This document shows, piece by piece, positions 12,456-25,207 of a stretch of DNA of 64,000 nucleotides (position 1 is the stretch's first letter; each line of letters begins with the position of its first letter). Made by a program: the position numbers and the translations under genes. The notes beneath the pieces were generated by a model that was not told the origin of the DNA, did no database searches, and was given only the letters and a program-made list of their open reading frames with translations. The stretch lies in NCBI GenBank assembly GCA_048128005.1, contig JBEUKZ010000034.1, forward strand, positions 62,001 through 126,000. The letters are read 5' to 3'. Origin of the DNA: Veleropilina oligotropha. Its lineage: Eukaryota.

Positions 12456-13752
12456 ATGCAGGATACGCCACCACCCTCTGCCACCAACTACCGCACATCA
12501 TCGCTGCACAAGCCACACCCATTTCAGCTACAACATCCCTTTACCCTTATTGTATCAGGCCCAACATTATCGTGAAAATCTTACTTGTTAAAAATGTACT
12601 ACTTCATCCCCAGCATCGCAGATAATTATTTGGTTATACAAAAGATGGCAGCTGCTCTATGATGACATCGAAGCTAGTATTTCCGTTGAATTTATTCAAG
12701 GAGTACCGCAGGAGTTGGAAAATGATGACTTCCTCGATCCCAGAATCAGAAATGTTATTGTACTGGATGACTTGATGTCTGCTAAAGACCCTTGTATAAC
12801 TGATCTCTTTACAGAAGGCAGTCATCACAAAAATCTATCAGTTATAGCTATTAATCAAAAGTTGTATTATTCTAAAGACCCTACGCAGAGACGAAATTGT
12901 CAATACCTGGTATAATTCAACAATCCAGTAGATAAGCAACTTATTATGAATTTGGCAAGACAAATGTACCCAAGAAATCCCGACAATCTCATGAAAAAAT
13001 TTGACAAAGCAACGAAGATACCATATGGTTATACACTATTAGATTTTAAAATGCTCACCGATAAAATGAAAAGAATTCATCCAAATGTATTTGAAAGAGA
13101 TGAAGCCAATAATGTATCGAAAACAATGCTCACCAAACCCACCGCATTGTGCGAACATTCACTGAATATGAATCCATCTATAAATCAGGTCGAAACAATG
13201 TCTGATCATTATTGCAGCAGTGATGACGAAGAAAACATGATATCATGTAATTATTGAGGCTCATTATTTGATAATAGTTCAACATTACAAAAGCACATAA
13301 GAGACTGGTGTCATAGGAATTCCAAAAAACGAACATCTGAGGTGTTGGGAGAAAGCGACGAAGAATCAAAAGTGTTTGATGAGCTCATGAAAATAAGCCA
13401 TAATCAAGATATGTCATTCTTCGAAGGAAAATATGAAAAATATATCAAGCATGGATTAAGTCAACAAATTGCAGAGAAAAGGGCCAATGATAAAATAGAT
13501 CTTGAAGATTTAATACAAGTTATGAATAAATATAAACAAATTCTTCTATACATTGAAAGATTACGGCATGGAAGGGTTCATAATCGAGTCATGGACAAAG
13601 TTGATGCCTTCTTGAAACAGGGATATGGTACGAAAGCTTCTATTAATATAGCAGTGAAAAAGTGTCAAATCGAAATCGAATCATATTGGCAGTCAGAATC
13701 ATCCTCTGAAGGTGAAGAATCAACAGAGAGCAACGAAAATATTGATGAATAA
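12456..13752 (+). pseudogene. Polinton/Maverick A32-like ATPase fusion, copy B (TGA in Walker A, indels)
   Basis: Same motifs as copy A across ORFs 12715-12915, 12946-13257 and 13342-13752. The last two are in frame, separated by a TGT>TGA change. The stop codon overlaps AATAAA. Confidence 0.85.
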
Positions 13753-14429
13753 ATATATTTTTGGAACAATAAAACAGATGCAACCCTAGTTTATGTATTT
13801 TTATGGTTATTTATTGAAATTCAATCCTATATTTTATTTAATAAATGGCAAATACACTGATTGTACCACTGAATAATATCAGCTAATTTCTTGTTACTTT
13901 TCCGATCACATACCATTCACACACCCACAATAAGTGGTTATGAACAACTGTGATATACTGGGCACACATGAGTAAATATAGGCTACGACTTTAAGTTGAT
14001 AAAATATATTAATATGACTAATAACGCATCGTTTAAGTTACGAACATGTGGCCGGTGTAATTTGCTATTGGCTGATTGGGCACCATACTCTTGGTCTTGC
14101 TAATTAAGCGATCGATCCGTGAAATAAAAACATAGTATGGTGATATGCTGTTGCATGCTGACATGCTGTACCCACAACCACCGGTGTACCCACCACCACC
14201 GGTGGGCCCACCACCACTGGTACACCTTCACCACCGCCCACCACTGACAGCGGAGGCCACCTCCCACCAGCAGAATGTCATAAAAGGTATCTATGCGCAT
14301 GTGCAATGATTTCACCAACCTATATAAAGGAAATACATTGGTAAAATGTATCATCATCATCACACATCCCCAGCATTGCGAAGACAGCCGACCTGTGAAC
14401 AACTGCGGATAATCGCGCGTTTCGAGACC

Positions 14430-16002
14430 CAATCCGTTTTACGCTTTTCGCTCGCTGGCAATAGGATTGCCCATAACGTCGAAGATAACCTGCACAATAA
14501 TGAAGAAATACAAAGAGAAGTACACATGGGAGAGATAAGTACATTTTGCAATTCAATAGTAATAATAACAGGTGTCCTCCATAACATAGCGAAGATATCA
14601 TATAATAAACTCGGTAGGGAAATAAAACAACTTGTAGGTACGATCCGAGACAACCGGACAACGCGAAACGGAAGTATTATAGTTAAATGTAGTACGAACA
14701 CCCAACTAAGAGCGACCCAAGCGCTCAAAACATTCAACGTGTCCCGGTGACCACCCGACTCGTTTCTGACAACGCGAACACTGTAAAAGGCGTGATCAAA
14801 CCGATAGGATTGCATATGTCAGATGATCAAATTCTTTTCCAACTACAAAAAGAAAACAAATTTATTTCCGAAGTTAGACGCCTAGGATTAAAAGATAAAA
14901 CTCCTAGCCGAGCAATCGTTGTTAGTTTCAGAACTAAGAGTTTGTCAAAACTTGTATATTTTTTCGGCACCCCGCATTCCGTCGAGACATACGCGCCCCC
15001 TCCAGTTCGTTGCTTTAAGTGCCAACGTCAAAAGTGTGCAAAAGCACGATTGACGTGTGCTCTAAGTGCGGCGGTGAACATCGATACGAAAGGTGCGATA
15101 ACACCTTTTCCAAATGTGCGAACTGCGCCGGTAACCATAGCGCCGGATTCACTGGATGTCCCGCATATCGGGGAAAACAAACACTGAATAAAACAAACAA
15201 CGATAAATCATCCGTAACGAACCTGAAAATAAACAAAGCGAACTTGAACACAAAAGAAAGTAACAAAACACCGACATCATATGCCGACGCGGTTAAGACT
15301 AAAGTGAACGCATGCCAGACCGAACAACTAATTGAGTCTAATCCGATTACGCCGGAATGTCAACTTAAACAACAAATAAAACCCGAAGAGTTCCGATTCA
15401 TAATTCACTAACTTTTTCAAATTCTGCATAAAACGCTCGAACACGAAAGAGAGACAAACCAACTAAATAGTGAAGCGGACCGAAAAGAAAGACGCTTTCA
15501 ACTTTTAAACGAAGCGATAATCGAAACTTTTGAGGAACTAACCGAAATAAATACGCCGCCAACTAACCAGGAACAAAACCCCCCAACTCTACCAAAACCA
15601 CAACGGGAAAAAAGAATCGGGCGTAGATCGCAAACCGATTCCCCAAGCGAAACTAAAATCGATCAAATTAACACTGAGAAATCAGCACCAAAAAAAGAAA
15701 TTAAACACGATCCGATTAAAATAGGAGCACCAATAGTGGCCGCCATACCCGAAATAGTAATTTCCGAGACTCCAACGAGAGTAAATAACAACGTCACGGT
15801 CAAAACCAAAACAATAAACGAAAACACTGAATCTTCGTTCCAAACACCAAAACAAAGCACCAACGCGAAATCAGTATTTGAAAAGGCAAAAACACCAACT
15901 CCCGTAGGCAGACGAACTCGCAGACAGTGTAAAATTGGGCATACAAACCAAGATACGCCTGTCACAACCAAAAGTAAAGACAACAAACCTCCTTTCCGAT
16001 AA
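14430..16002 (+). pseudogene. ORF1 gag-like nucleic-acid-binding protein (frameshifted; start approximate)
   Basis: TRNGSIIVKC, VKGVI, YAPPPVRCFKCQR, CSKCGGEH...CANCAGNHSA...CP and SYADAVK. Ends 2 nt before the ORF2 ATG. Confidence 0.8.
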
Positions 16003-16004
16003 TT

Positions 16005-19000
16005 ATGGGATTAAAAATTATACAATGGAACGTCAGAGGAGTCAGGGCTAACAAAGCCGAACTAGAATTATTAATCAACAGTTCAAAACCCGATGTAATA
16101 TGCTTACAGGAAACACTACTAACCAAATCCGTCAAATTCGGCTTACACGGATATACCACACTGCGTAAAGACTTTCCAAAGGGAAATAACACGCCATCAC
16201 GCGGATTAGCTATTTGCGTAAAAAATAATTTACAGTATCGCGAATTCAATTTAAACTTAGCTACACTCAATGGTAACAGTATACAAATATACTATGAAAA
16301 CAAAACCCTCATAATCATTAACCTATATCGGAATCAAGAACATAGCGCCCAACAACTAAAAGACGACTTAGATATTTTAACCGCTAATCATAACGATAAA
16401 ACCATTATAGTAGGAGACTTAAACTCGCACAATCCCTTGTGGGGGAGCGACCGAACCACCCAACACGGCACAAATATAATAGATTTTGCAGCGGAAAATA
16501 GTTTCGTAATTTTAAACGACCCCCATTGCGGTACTAGATATTATCCGATTAATCAAACTCACTCAATGATCGATTTATCCATCGCGTCCGACACAATTGC
16601 TCACAAATGTCACTGGTATGTCCATAACAACCTCATGGGAAGTGACCATTACCCGATTCTCACGGAAATAGACATAGCGCCCGATATAGAAAACGATGAG
16701 CATGAACCTAAATGGAACTTTATGAAAGCTGATTGGAAAAGTTTCCATGACGAATGTATCAACATAAACAAAGACGAAATTTTCGATAACGATATAGAAA
16801 CATTTAATGAAAATCTTGTTAACAGCATCATATTAATATCGGATAAACATATTCCAAAAACGGACATAAGAAAGGACGACAAAATCCCAGTTCCGTGGTG
16901 GAACGATAAATGCAAACAAGCACTCAAAAACCGTAAAAACATGCTCACTAGAAGTAGACGAACTAATAGCCCGGCAGATATAGAAGCTTACAAATCAGCT
17001 AAATCATCAGCTAGAAAAGTAATTAAAGAAGCAAAAAGAGATAACTGGCAAGAATATTGCACAACATTAAATGATAGATCAGATAGCAGAAAAGTATGGA
17101 GCAAAATTCATAAAATTAATGGGAAGAAAACAAGACACCGAATCCCAACACTAGGCCAAACCATACTAGCAAAAAGTAATAAACAGAAAGCAGAAATGCT
17201 AGCCAAAAGTTACGCGCAAGTTAGCAGCACCCGTAACTACAATCGTCAATTTTTAGACCAAAAAGACGAGCGCGAAACCGCCTTCCGCAATGAACCGAAA
17301 GCATTAAACGACCCGACAAATCCCCTAAGTTACCCATTTTCAATGATAGAGCTAACAGAAGCATTCGCCCATAAAAAGGAAACGTCAACTGGGCAGGATA
17401 AGGTTAGCTACGAAATGTTCAAACACATGCCCGTAAATACGTTAGAATTAATTATACTTCTTTTTAACGCCACTTGGGAAAAGGGAGATCTCCCGAAACC
17501 ATGGAAACGGGCCGAAATCATTCCCATATTGAAACCAAATAAAGACCCAAATGATCCAAAATCATATAGGCCGATATCATTAACATCGAACCTATGCAAA
17601 ACACTAGAAATCATGATTAATAAAAGAATAGTATATTATCATCTAGAAAAAAACAATTTAATTAACCCGAACCAAAGCGGTTTTAGGAAAAATAGACAGA
17701 CAACAGATCAATTGGTCAGACTGGAAAATGACATTAGAAAAGGATTCATCCAAAATAGAAAAACACTAGCAGTCTTCATTGATTTCGAAAAAGCATACGA
17801 CATGATTTGGCATGAAGGGCTCAAAGAAAAAATTAAAAACTTAGGTATTACAGGCAGGATGCTAAATTGGATAGGTAATTTTTTGGAAGATAGGAAAATA
17901 AATGTAACAGTCGAAAACTCAAGATCGGAAGATTACGATCTAGAAAACGGTAAGCCACAAGGTAGTGTAATCAGTCCAACTCTTTTCAACATAATGATTA
18001 ATGACTTAGATAAAACTCTGATAGAAAACAAAACAACAAAATCATCATTGTTTGCAGACGATAGCGCGATATGGAACTCGAATAAAAATGTTAAAAAACT
18101 AGAAGACAGAATGAACGAAAACCTTAAACTAATTCATAAATGGTCAAACGAATGGGGATTTAAAATATCCAAATCAAAAACGGTAGGAGTACTCTTTTCT
18201 AAAGGTAGACAGTACATTAAACCTACATTAATACTGAATAACAAGCAATTGAAAATTGAAGACAGAGCTACATTCCTAGGAATGACATTTGATCGTAAAT
18301 TAACTTGGCATGCCCACATTAACCAACTCATCAATAATTGCAATAAAATGCTCAACCTCATGAGATGCGTCTCTGGTAACGACTGGGGAGCAGATAGACA
18401 AACTTTAACACTTCTATATAAAGCCTTAATTATGTCGAGAATAGACTACGGCTGTCAGGCATACGGTTCAGCTAAACCACATCTTTTAAAGAAAATAGAG
18501 AAAATTCAAAACCAAGCCTTAAGAATAATTACAGGAGCATTTAAATCAACTCCAATAGCCAGTCTTGAAGTAGAAGCAAATATCAAACCCCTGGAACTAC
18601 GTAGGAAAGAAATGACGCTTAACTACTGGGCTTAAAACTAAATCTCAAGTAGAAACCAATCCCGCGGCTAAATTAGACACTAACTGCAATGCCTTCCAAA
18701 AAATAGAATACAATAAACGGTACGTAGATCGACCACCGTACGGATTGATAACACGAAGATACAATCAAGAACTAAAACTCGATAAATTAAATATTGCTCA
18801 AAACAGACCTGCAGATAAACCGCCTTGGCAACATAACCCTGTTAAATCACCAATACAACTTAGTCACATGATAAAGAAGGACGACCAGCTCTAAATATAA
18901 AAGCCACGACTCAAACTTTCATAGATGAAAAATGGAATGGATATTTAAAAGTTTTTACAGACGGGTCAAAGGACCCAGAAACGTCACAAACATCCGCAGC

Positions 19001-19804
19001 AGTGGTAATCCCAGAGTTAAAAGTAAATAAATCATTCAAACTATCAAACAACTTATCTGTGTATAGCACAGAACTGGTAGCTATTGAAAAAGCATTGGAA
19101 ATAATCCACATAATTGAACCAACAAAAGTTGTAATTCTGTCAGACTCCCTCTGTCTACAACCCTCAAAAAGTTAAACAAGACCAGATCTAATCAATAAAA
19201 TCAAATCATTAAATGATTCCCTTTTTGATAAAGGAATAGATATAAATCTTGAATGGATCCCAGCCCACGTAGGCATTTTAGGCAATGAAATGGCAGACAC
19301 AGCAGCAAAAAAGGGAATGACAAACCCAGATTACACTCTAAATAATATCCCGCTTAGCCACAACGAAGTCAAAAGCATAGTCAGAACTCACATTAACAAT
19401 GAGTGGCAAGATCGCTGGAATCACCATGATAAAGGCAGACATCTTTTTCAACTTAAAATAAAATAGGCAAACCAATTAAGATGCAAACTAGTAAACTTGA
19501 AAGCAAAACAATAACGCGCCTCCGACTCGGGCATTCAGGTTTACTAGCTCATAGATACAGAATTAAATCTTGTGAATCGCCAAAATGTCCCCATTGCGAC
19601 TTTCCAGAAACAGTCGATCATTACCTGTTAGAATGTCCCGCACATATAAATGAAAGACAAAACCTTAAAGATACGTTAAAAACAGCTAATATACTGGAAA
19701 TTGACAAAAAAACACTTCTAGCACCACCAGAACCAGTAGCTACCTACACATATAGGGCATTAGCTAAATATATCAAAGACACCGGTTACATAAACAAAAT
19801 ATAG
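16005..19804 (+). pseudogene. ORF2 APE endonuclease-RT-RNase H (open for 876 aa, then frameshifts and stops)
   Basis: IIQWNVRG, ICLQET, GDLNSH, GSDHYPI, YRPISLTS, FIDFEKAYD, PQGSVISP and FADD. RNase H at ~18950-19320 (VFTDGSK, STELVAI, ILSDS, WIPAHVGILGNEMADTAAK). C-terminal CPHC..ETVDHYLLECP. Confidence 0.92.
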
Positions 19805-20304
19805 ATAAGTGCGCCGCCACTAGGCAATAAACTGGCAAAAGCAGGATCTTAATAATATAAGGAAAGGAATAGAGGGAGGTCAGTAAGCAAAACTACCTCA
19901 AACCAACACCAACAAAAAAATTCTAACTAGTTAGACAACGAGTTGGTATGATTCTAGACAAACAACCGCGCGCGGTTTGTCTAAAGGCGGCAACTCGATA
20001 GCGTAAGAACAAACTATATCTCGACAACATCTACATACCATACAAGTTGTTGTTTTTTGCCATTCCGAGGCTCATCAAAACTGGCTACATTAACAAGATA
20101 TAGAAAATAGAAAAACGAAAAAAATAAAATAAAATATCAAGAAATACCAAAAAAAAAAAAATGCCTTCACACAATCTATAACTTTTCTTTTCTCGGCCCA
20201 TCATGTACACACACATACAAACGCAGTTCTAATACTATTCTCTTCAGCACATGTTTCTGTAAATATTCCACCCCAATGTCTCGTGCGCACTCATTTGCAA
20301 AGAA

Positions 20305-21230
20305 ATAGGCTCTGTTGCTTTAGACTCGGGGCAGCAGGCGTTACCTTAGCGACATCCACGATGCCAGCGACGGGACCCGGCGTTAATAGGGGAGTGTGCC
20401 GAAACGAAAGCAAATAAAATACAACAACGCATCCACCCCACCTACACGAAACGTACATAATCATGGAGGAACGATTATGCGACGATTCACACTTCCCCCT
20501 TCTACAATCTATTCTCTTACCTTTCTCTTACCCTTTTTTGTTATTTTTTCTTTTTCTTTTATTTTATTATTTTTTATAATTTTATAGGCTTAGCACATTC
20601 ATAATTAATGAAAGCGGCCCTGCTGCATTAGACTCGGGGCAGTAATCGCTACCCAAGCAGCATCAGGGATGTTAGCGAAGGTGCATTACACAAATAGGAG
20701 TAATGTGCATAAGCGATAACAAATAAAAGTCTCAGATACACTCATGGTAAAGAGCTAGGCCCTGTTGCTTTAGACTCGGGGCTGTAGGCGTTACCTTAGC
20801 GACATCTCCGATGCCAGCGACGGGACCTTACGTAAATAGGGGAGTGTACAGAGACAAAAGCAACTAAACAACATCGACTGCATTACACCACACATAACTC
20901 ACGTATCCTCCGCTCTTTTTCTTTTTTTTCTCAAAAAATAGGGGAGTGTGCAAAAACAAATTCATATAAACGTCTGACACACGCATGGTGGGGATAGGCT
21001 CTGGGGGGCAGTAGCTGATACCTTCCGACGTCACCTTGATGTACGTGGAGATTTGGTTACGGTAAATAGGGGAGTGTGCAGACAAATCTACAACTAAAAT
21101 GTTTCAGACACACTCATGGTGGGGATAGGCTCTGTGGGGCAGTAGCTGATACCTTCCGACGTCACCTTGATGTACGTGGAGATTTGGTTACGGAAAATAG
21201 GTGCAGAAACAAAAGCAAATAAAATACAAG
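20305..21230 (+). repeat. Five diverged ~110-140 nt GC-richer motifs in the LINE 3' UTR
   Basis: Copies start near 20308, 20616, 20758, 20994 and 21125 and share GGC(T/C)CTG...GGGC(A/T)G(T/C)A...AATAGG(GGAGTGTG). Confidence 0.8.
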
Positions 21231-21949
21231 CACCTCTTGCACTACACTATACATAACTCATACCCAACACACGAAACCAGGCATACTCATGGAGGATGGA
21301 GTATGCCTTGTTACTTCTTTCTTTTATTTTCTCAAATATCAAATAAAATGCCGAAACAGCAAATAAAATACATCCACTGCAATACACTACACATCACGCA
21401 CTCATCCTCCAACTTAATTAACTTATTTTTCAACATTTCGGAATTTTAATTCAGGCTATTACATTTTTTCTCTCGATTAAAGCCTTTTTTCAACTACATA
21501 GCATATTGATTAACTAAATGTTGAAATGTTATGTAGACGTAATATATTGATATATATATATATATATATATAAATATATACCTTTTTTTTTTATTACTAG
21601 TAATATAACCGTTATAACTTACAAATTACGGCAGTATAATCAATAAAGTTAACCAATAATTGTCATCTTCTCATGTTCACCTACAGTAACTACTAAACTT
21701 ATTTGCGATTATTTTCCAGTTTTTTTTGGTGGCCCTGAATGGGAACGTTGGAACGGTCGGACGGACGGTGCAGCCTGAATGCGGGGTTCGGCCTTTTATC
21801 TTCGGTGCGTGTGCGACATCCATGGTAACTATAAAGCAACAAGTCAAATATACAGTAAAGAGGTCGAAATCACATAAACTGTGGAAGACCTCGTAAAATA
21901 CGAAATAAACAACAACAACATCAACAATAACATTGATCATTTTGTAATC

Positions 21950-22401
21950 ATGCCAAGTTCAATATATGTCAGTGACCCAAAAGCGTGGGACCAAGCTTTC
22001 AAGGACATCAGATCGGGTAAATTAAAACCAGAAAAACCAACAAGGAAATATAATCGAGGAATGACTAGTCAGTATTGAACTCCATCCATGATAAGAATTC
22101 CAGTTATTTCGCCAATGGCAGCTGAGGAGGAAAGAGCAAAGGTTCAGTTGGAAAGGCAAAAGGAGGAAGGTTTGCCATATATAAAAGTTGTTCACAAACG
22201 AAAAAGCGACGGTCAGTCGCCAAACCCCGAGAATGACGAACCTAAAATCCAGTTGAAAAAAGTAAAAAGGATGATGTACATGACATAAACCCCAAAAGAA
22301 AAAGTCGCTATCTGAGACAAGTTTTGAAGAGGATCACACCAGAGAGAAAGAAATTTGTAGCCGGACGGCTATTTGCAGGACCTCCGGGCAATCATGCATA
22401 A
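21950..22401 (+). pseudogene. Small Polinton-module ORF, copy C (stop and frameshift)
   Basis: MPSSIYVSDPKAWDQAFKDIRSG... (ORFs 21881-22078 and 22088-22288), homologous to 11826-12296. Confidence 0.75.
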
Positions 22402-22562
22402 GTGTCATGATTGTAACATATCATTGTCTAGACGTGATGCCTTGCTCAGGCATTACAACCGAAGACATGTCACGGCACCAATGACATTATCACGTATAAC
22501 ATTACCGCAGAACAAGAATCCATCTCTGTGATCACCTCAGACACAGAATTTACCGCTGGCTG

Positions 22563-23846
22563 ATGCAGGATACGCCACCACACGCTACCACCAACTACCG
22601 CCCATCGTCGCTGCACAAACCAACCCCATTTCAGTTACAGCATCCCTTTACCCTTATTGTATCAGGTCCGACATTCTCGGGAAAATCTTACTTTGTTAAA
22701 AATGTTCTACTTCATGATCGCATTTCCCCAGCACCGCAGATAATTAATTGGTTATACGAAAGATGGCAGCCGCTCTATGATGACATCCACGCTAGTATTT
22801 CCATTGAATTTATTCAAGGAATACCGCAAGAGTTGGCAAATGATGATTTCCTCGATCCCAGAATCAGAAATGTTATTGTACTGGATGACTTGATGTCTGC
22901 TAAAGACCCTTGTATAACTGATCTCTTTACAGAAGGCAATGATCACAGAAATCTATCAGTTATAGCTATTAATCAAAACTTGTATTATTCTAAAACCCTA
23001 CGCAGAGAAGACATTATCAATACCTGGTATTATTCAACAATCCAGTAGATAAGCAACTTATTATGAATTTGGCAAGACAAATGTACCCAAGAAATCCCCA
23101 CAATCTCATGAAAAAATTTGACGAAGCAACGAAGATACCATATGGTTATATACTATTGGTTTTTGAAGTGCTCACCGATGAAATGAATAGAATTCGTCCA
23201 AATGTATTTGAGAGAGATGTAGCCAATAATGTATCGAAAACGATGCTCACCAAACCCAGTGCATTGTGCGAACATTCACTGAATATGAATCCATCAATAA
23301 ATCAGGTCGAAACAATGTCTGATCATTATTGCAGCAGTGATGACGAAGAAAACATGATATCATGTAATTATTGTGGCTCATTATTTGATAATAGTTCAAA
23401 ATTACAAAAGCACATAAGAGACTGGTGTCATCGGAATTCCAAAAAACGAACATCTGAGGTGTTGGGAGAAAGCGACGAAGAATCAAAAGTGTTTGATGAG
23501 CTCATGAATATAAGCCATTATCAAAATATGTCATTCTTCGAAGGAAAATATGACAAATATATCAAGCATGGATTAAATCAACAAATTGCAGAGTAAAAGG
23601 CCAATGATAAAATAGATCTTGAAGATTTAATACAAGTTATGTTTAAATATAAACAAATTATTCTATACATTGAAAGATTACGACATGGAAGGGTTCATAA
23701 TCGAGTCATGGACAAAGTTGATGCCTTCTTGAAACAGGGATATGGTACGAAAGCTTCTATTAATATAGCAGTGAAAAGTGTCAAATCGAAATCGAATCAT
23801 ATTGGCAGTCAGAATCAACGAGAGCAACGAAAATATGGATGAATAA
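22563..23846 (+). pseudogene. Polinton/Maverick A32-like ATPase fusion, copy C
   Basis: Intact Walker A SGPTFSGKS and Walker B IVLDDLM, with a frameshift near 22995. ORF 23063-23596 runs from the ATPase C-terminus into CNYCGSLFDNSSKLQKHIRDWC. Confidence 0.87.
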
Positions 23847-24749
23847 ATATATTTTTGGAACAATGAAACAGATGCAACCCTAGTTTATGTATTTTTATGG
23901 TTATTTATTGAAATTCAAACCTATATTTTATTTAATAAATGACAAATACACTGATTGTACCACTGAAAAATATCAGCTAATTTCTTGTTACTTTTCCGAT
24001 CACATACCCTTCACACACCCACAATAAGTGGTTATGAACAACTGTGATATACTGGGCACACATGAGTAAATATAGGCTACGACTTTAAGTTGATAAAATA
24101 TATTAATATGACTAATAACGCATCGTTTAAGTTACGAAAGTGTGGCCCGTGTAATTTGCTATTGGCTGATTGGACACAGTACTCTTGGTCTTGCTAATTA
24201 AGCGATCGATACGTGAAATAAAAACATAGTATGGTGACATGCTGTTAAGCAATGTGATATCATTTCAAAAGAGTGTGTCATACATGCACTGTGTTTTCAG
24301 CAAATGGTAGACATGTCATTAATATTTTATTACAAATTATATATGTTGATATGTTTGAAAACCTATAGAACTGTTAGATATCGGGCCGTAGCACTGGTCA
24401 TAATACTAACTAGCAATTACCCGTGCTTTCCACGGTTTTGGGGGCGAGCACTTAGATTCGAGGTACTTGTATGTCGTAGTAGGAATCGGTGTAATGGTTA
24501 ATAAGGGTAAATTGTTACGATTGTTACCTACAGTGTATTACAAAATCTCTTTGAAGACCACATTTTGTTATATAGAAAGAATCAATGAGTCATTATATAT
24601 ATCGTTTAATTGCGGCATTTTGTTGTTATATTGCTTTGTTCAGAACTAAAAATGCGTGTTTGTATGAATACTTTAAATAATAAAGTTTCTATTAAACTCT
24701 ATTTTATTTTATTTTTATGAACGGGCCAAAACCGACCGTGCTAACTTTA

Positions 24750-25207
24750 ACAAGAACGACGCGTTCGGATTATGTCTTGACCTTTGTCTGCATGGACCGT
24801 CTGTTGTATATTAGTGTACGTTAAAGGTTCTTATACAATCTAACATATTCATACGATGTAATTACTTCCAACTCATGATTTTCTGACAGAAAATGTAGTC
24901 ACACTAAAATGACGTCATAGACGTCATAGCTTGGCTTAGGCCAAGTTACCATGGCAATTATGCATAAAAATGCCTATAAAAACGATATTTTAAGAAATTT
25001 TGTAATGAAAGTTATATACACGACCTACAAATTACCTTGGGAATGCGTATGACAATTTTCAGGGTAATTGGTTCAGTAGTTTTCGAGAAAATCAGCGGAT
25101 ATATATATATATATATATATATATAAGTATATAAGTATATAAGTATATACACACGGACCATTTGATAATGTCTTGTCCTTTTTTGTCAAAAAGGTCAAGA
25201 CATAAAA
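24750..25207 (-). mobile_element. Non-autonomous Helentron-type element (HINE/DINE-1-like)
   Basis: Subterminal inverted repeats ATGTCTTGACC/GGTCAAGACAT, a terminal hairpin GAACG-n3-CGTTC plus TTGTT, and a (TA)n microsatellite. Inserted in an A/T run and absent from the opposite arm (9285-9295). A second copy lies at 28997-29456. Confidence 0.8.

Larger units (their letters stand above)
14355..21935 (+). mobile_element. Full-length I-group (Nimb-like) non-LTR retrotransposon with RNase H and a long 3' UTR
   Basis: Gag-like ORF1 with CCHC knuckles, then ORF2 APE-RT-RNase H-CCHC. The 3' end reads GAGGTC...GACCTCGTAAAA plus an (AAC)n tail. The host module sequence ATGTATCAT|TTTGT rejoins across it, with ATCAT duplicated (14350-14354 and 21936-21940). 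Confidence 0.88.
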
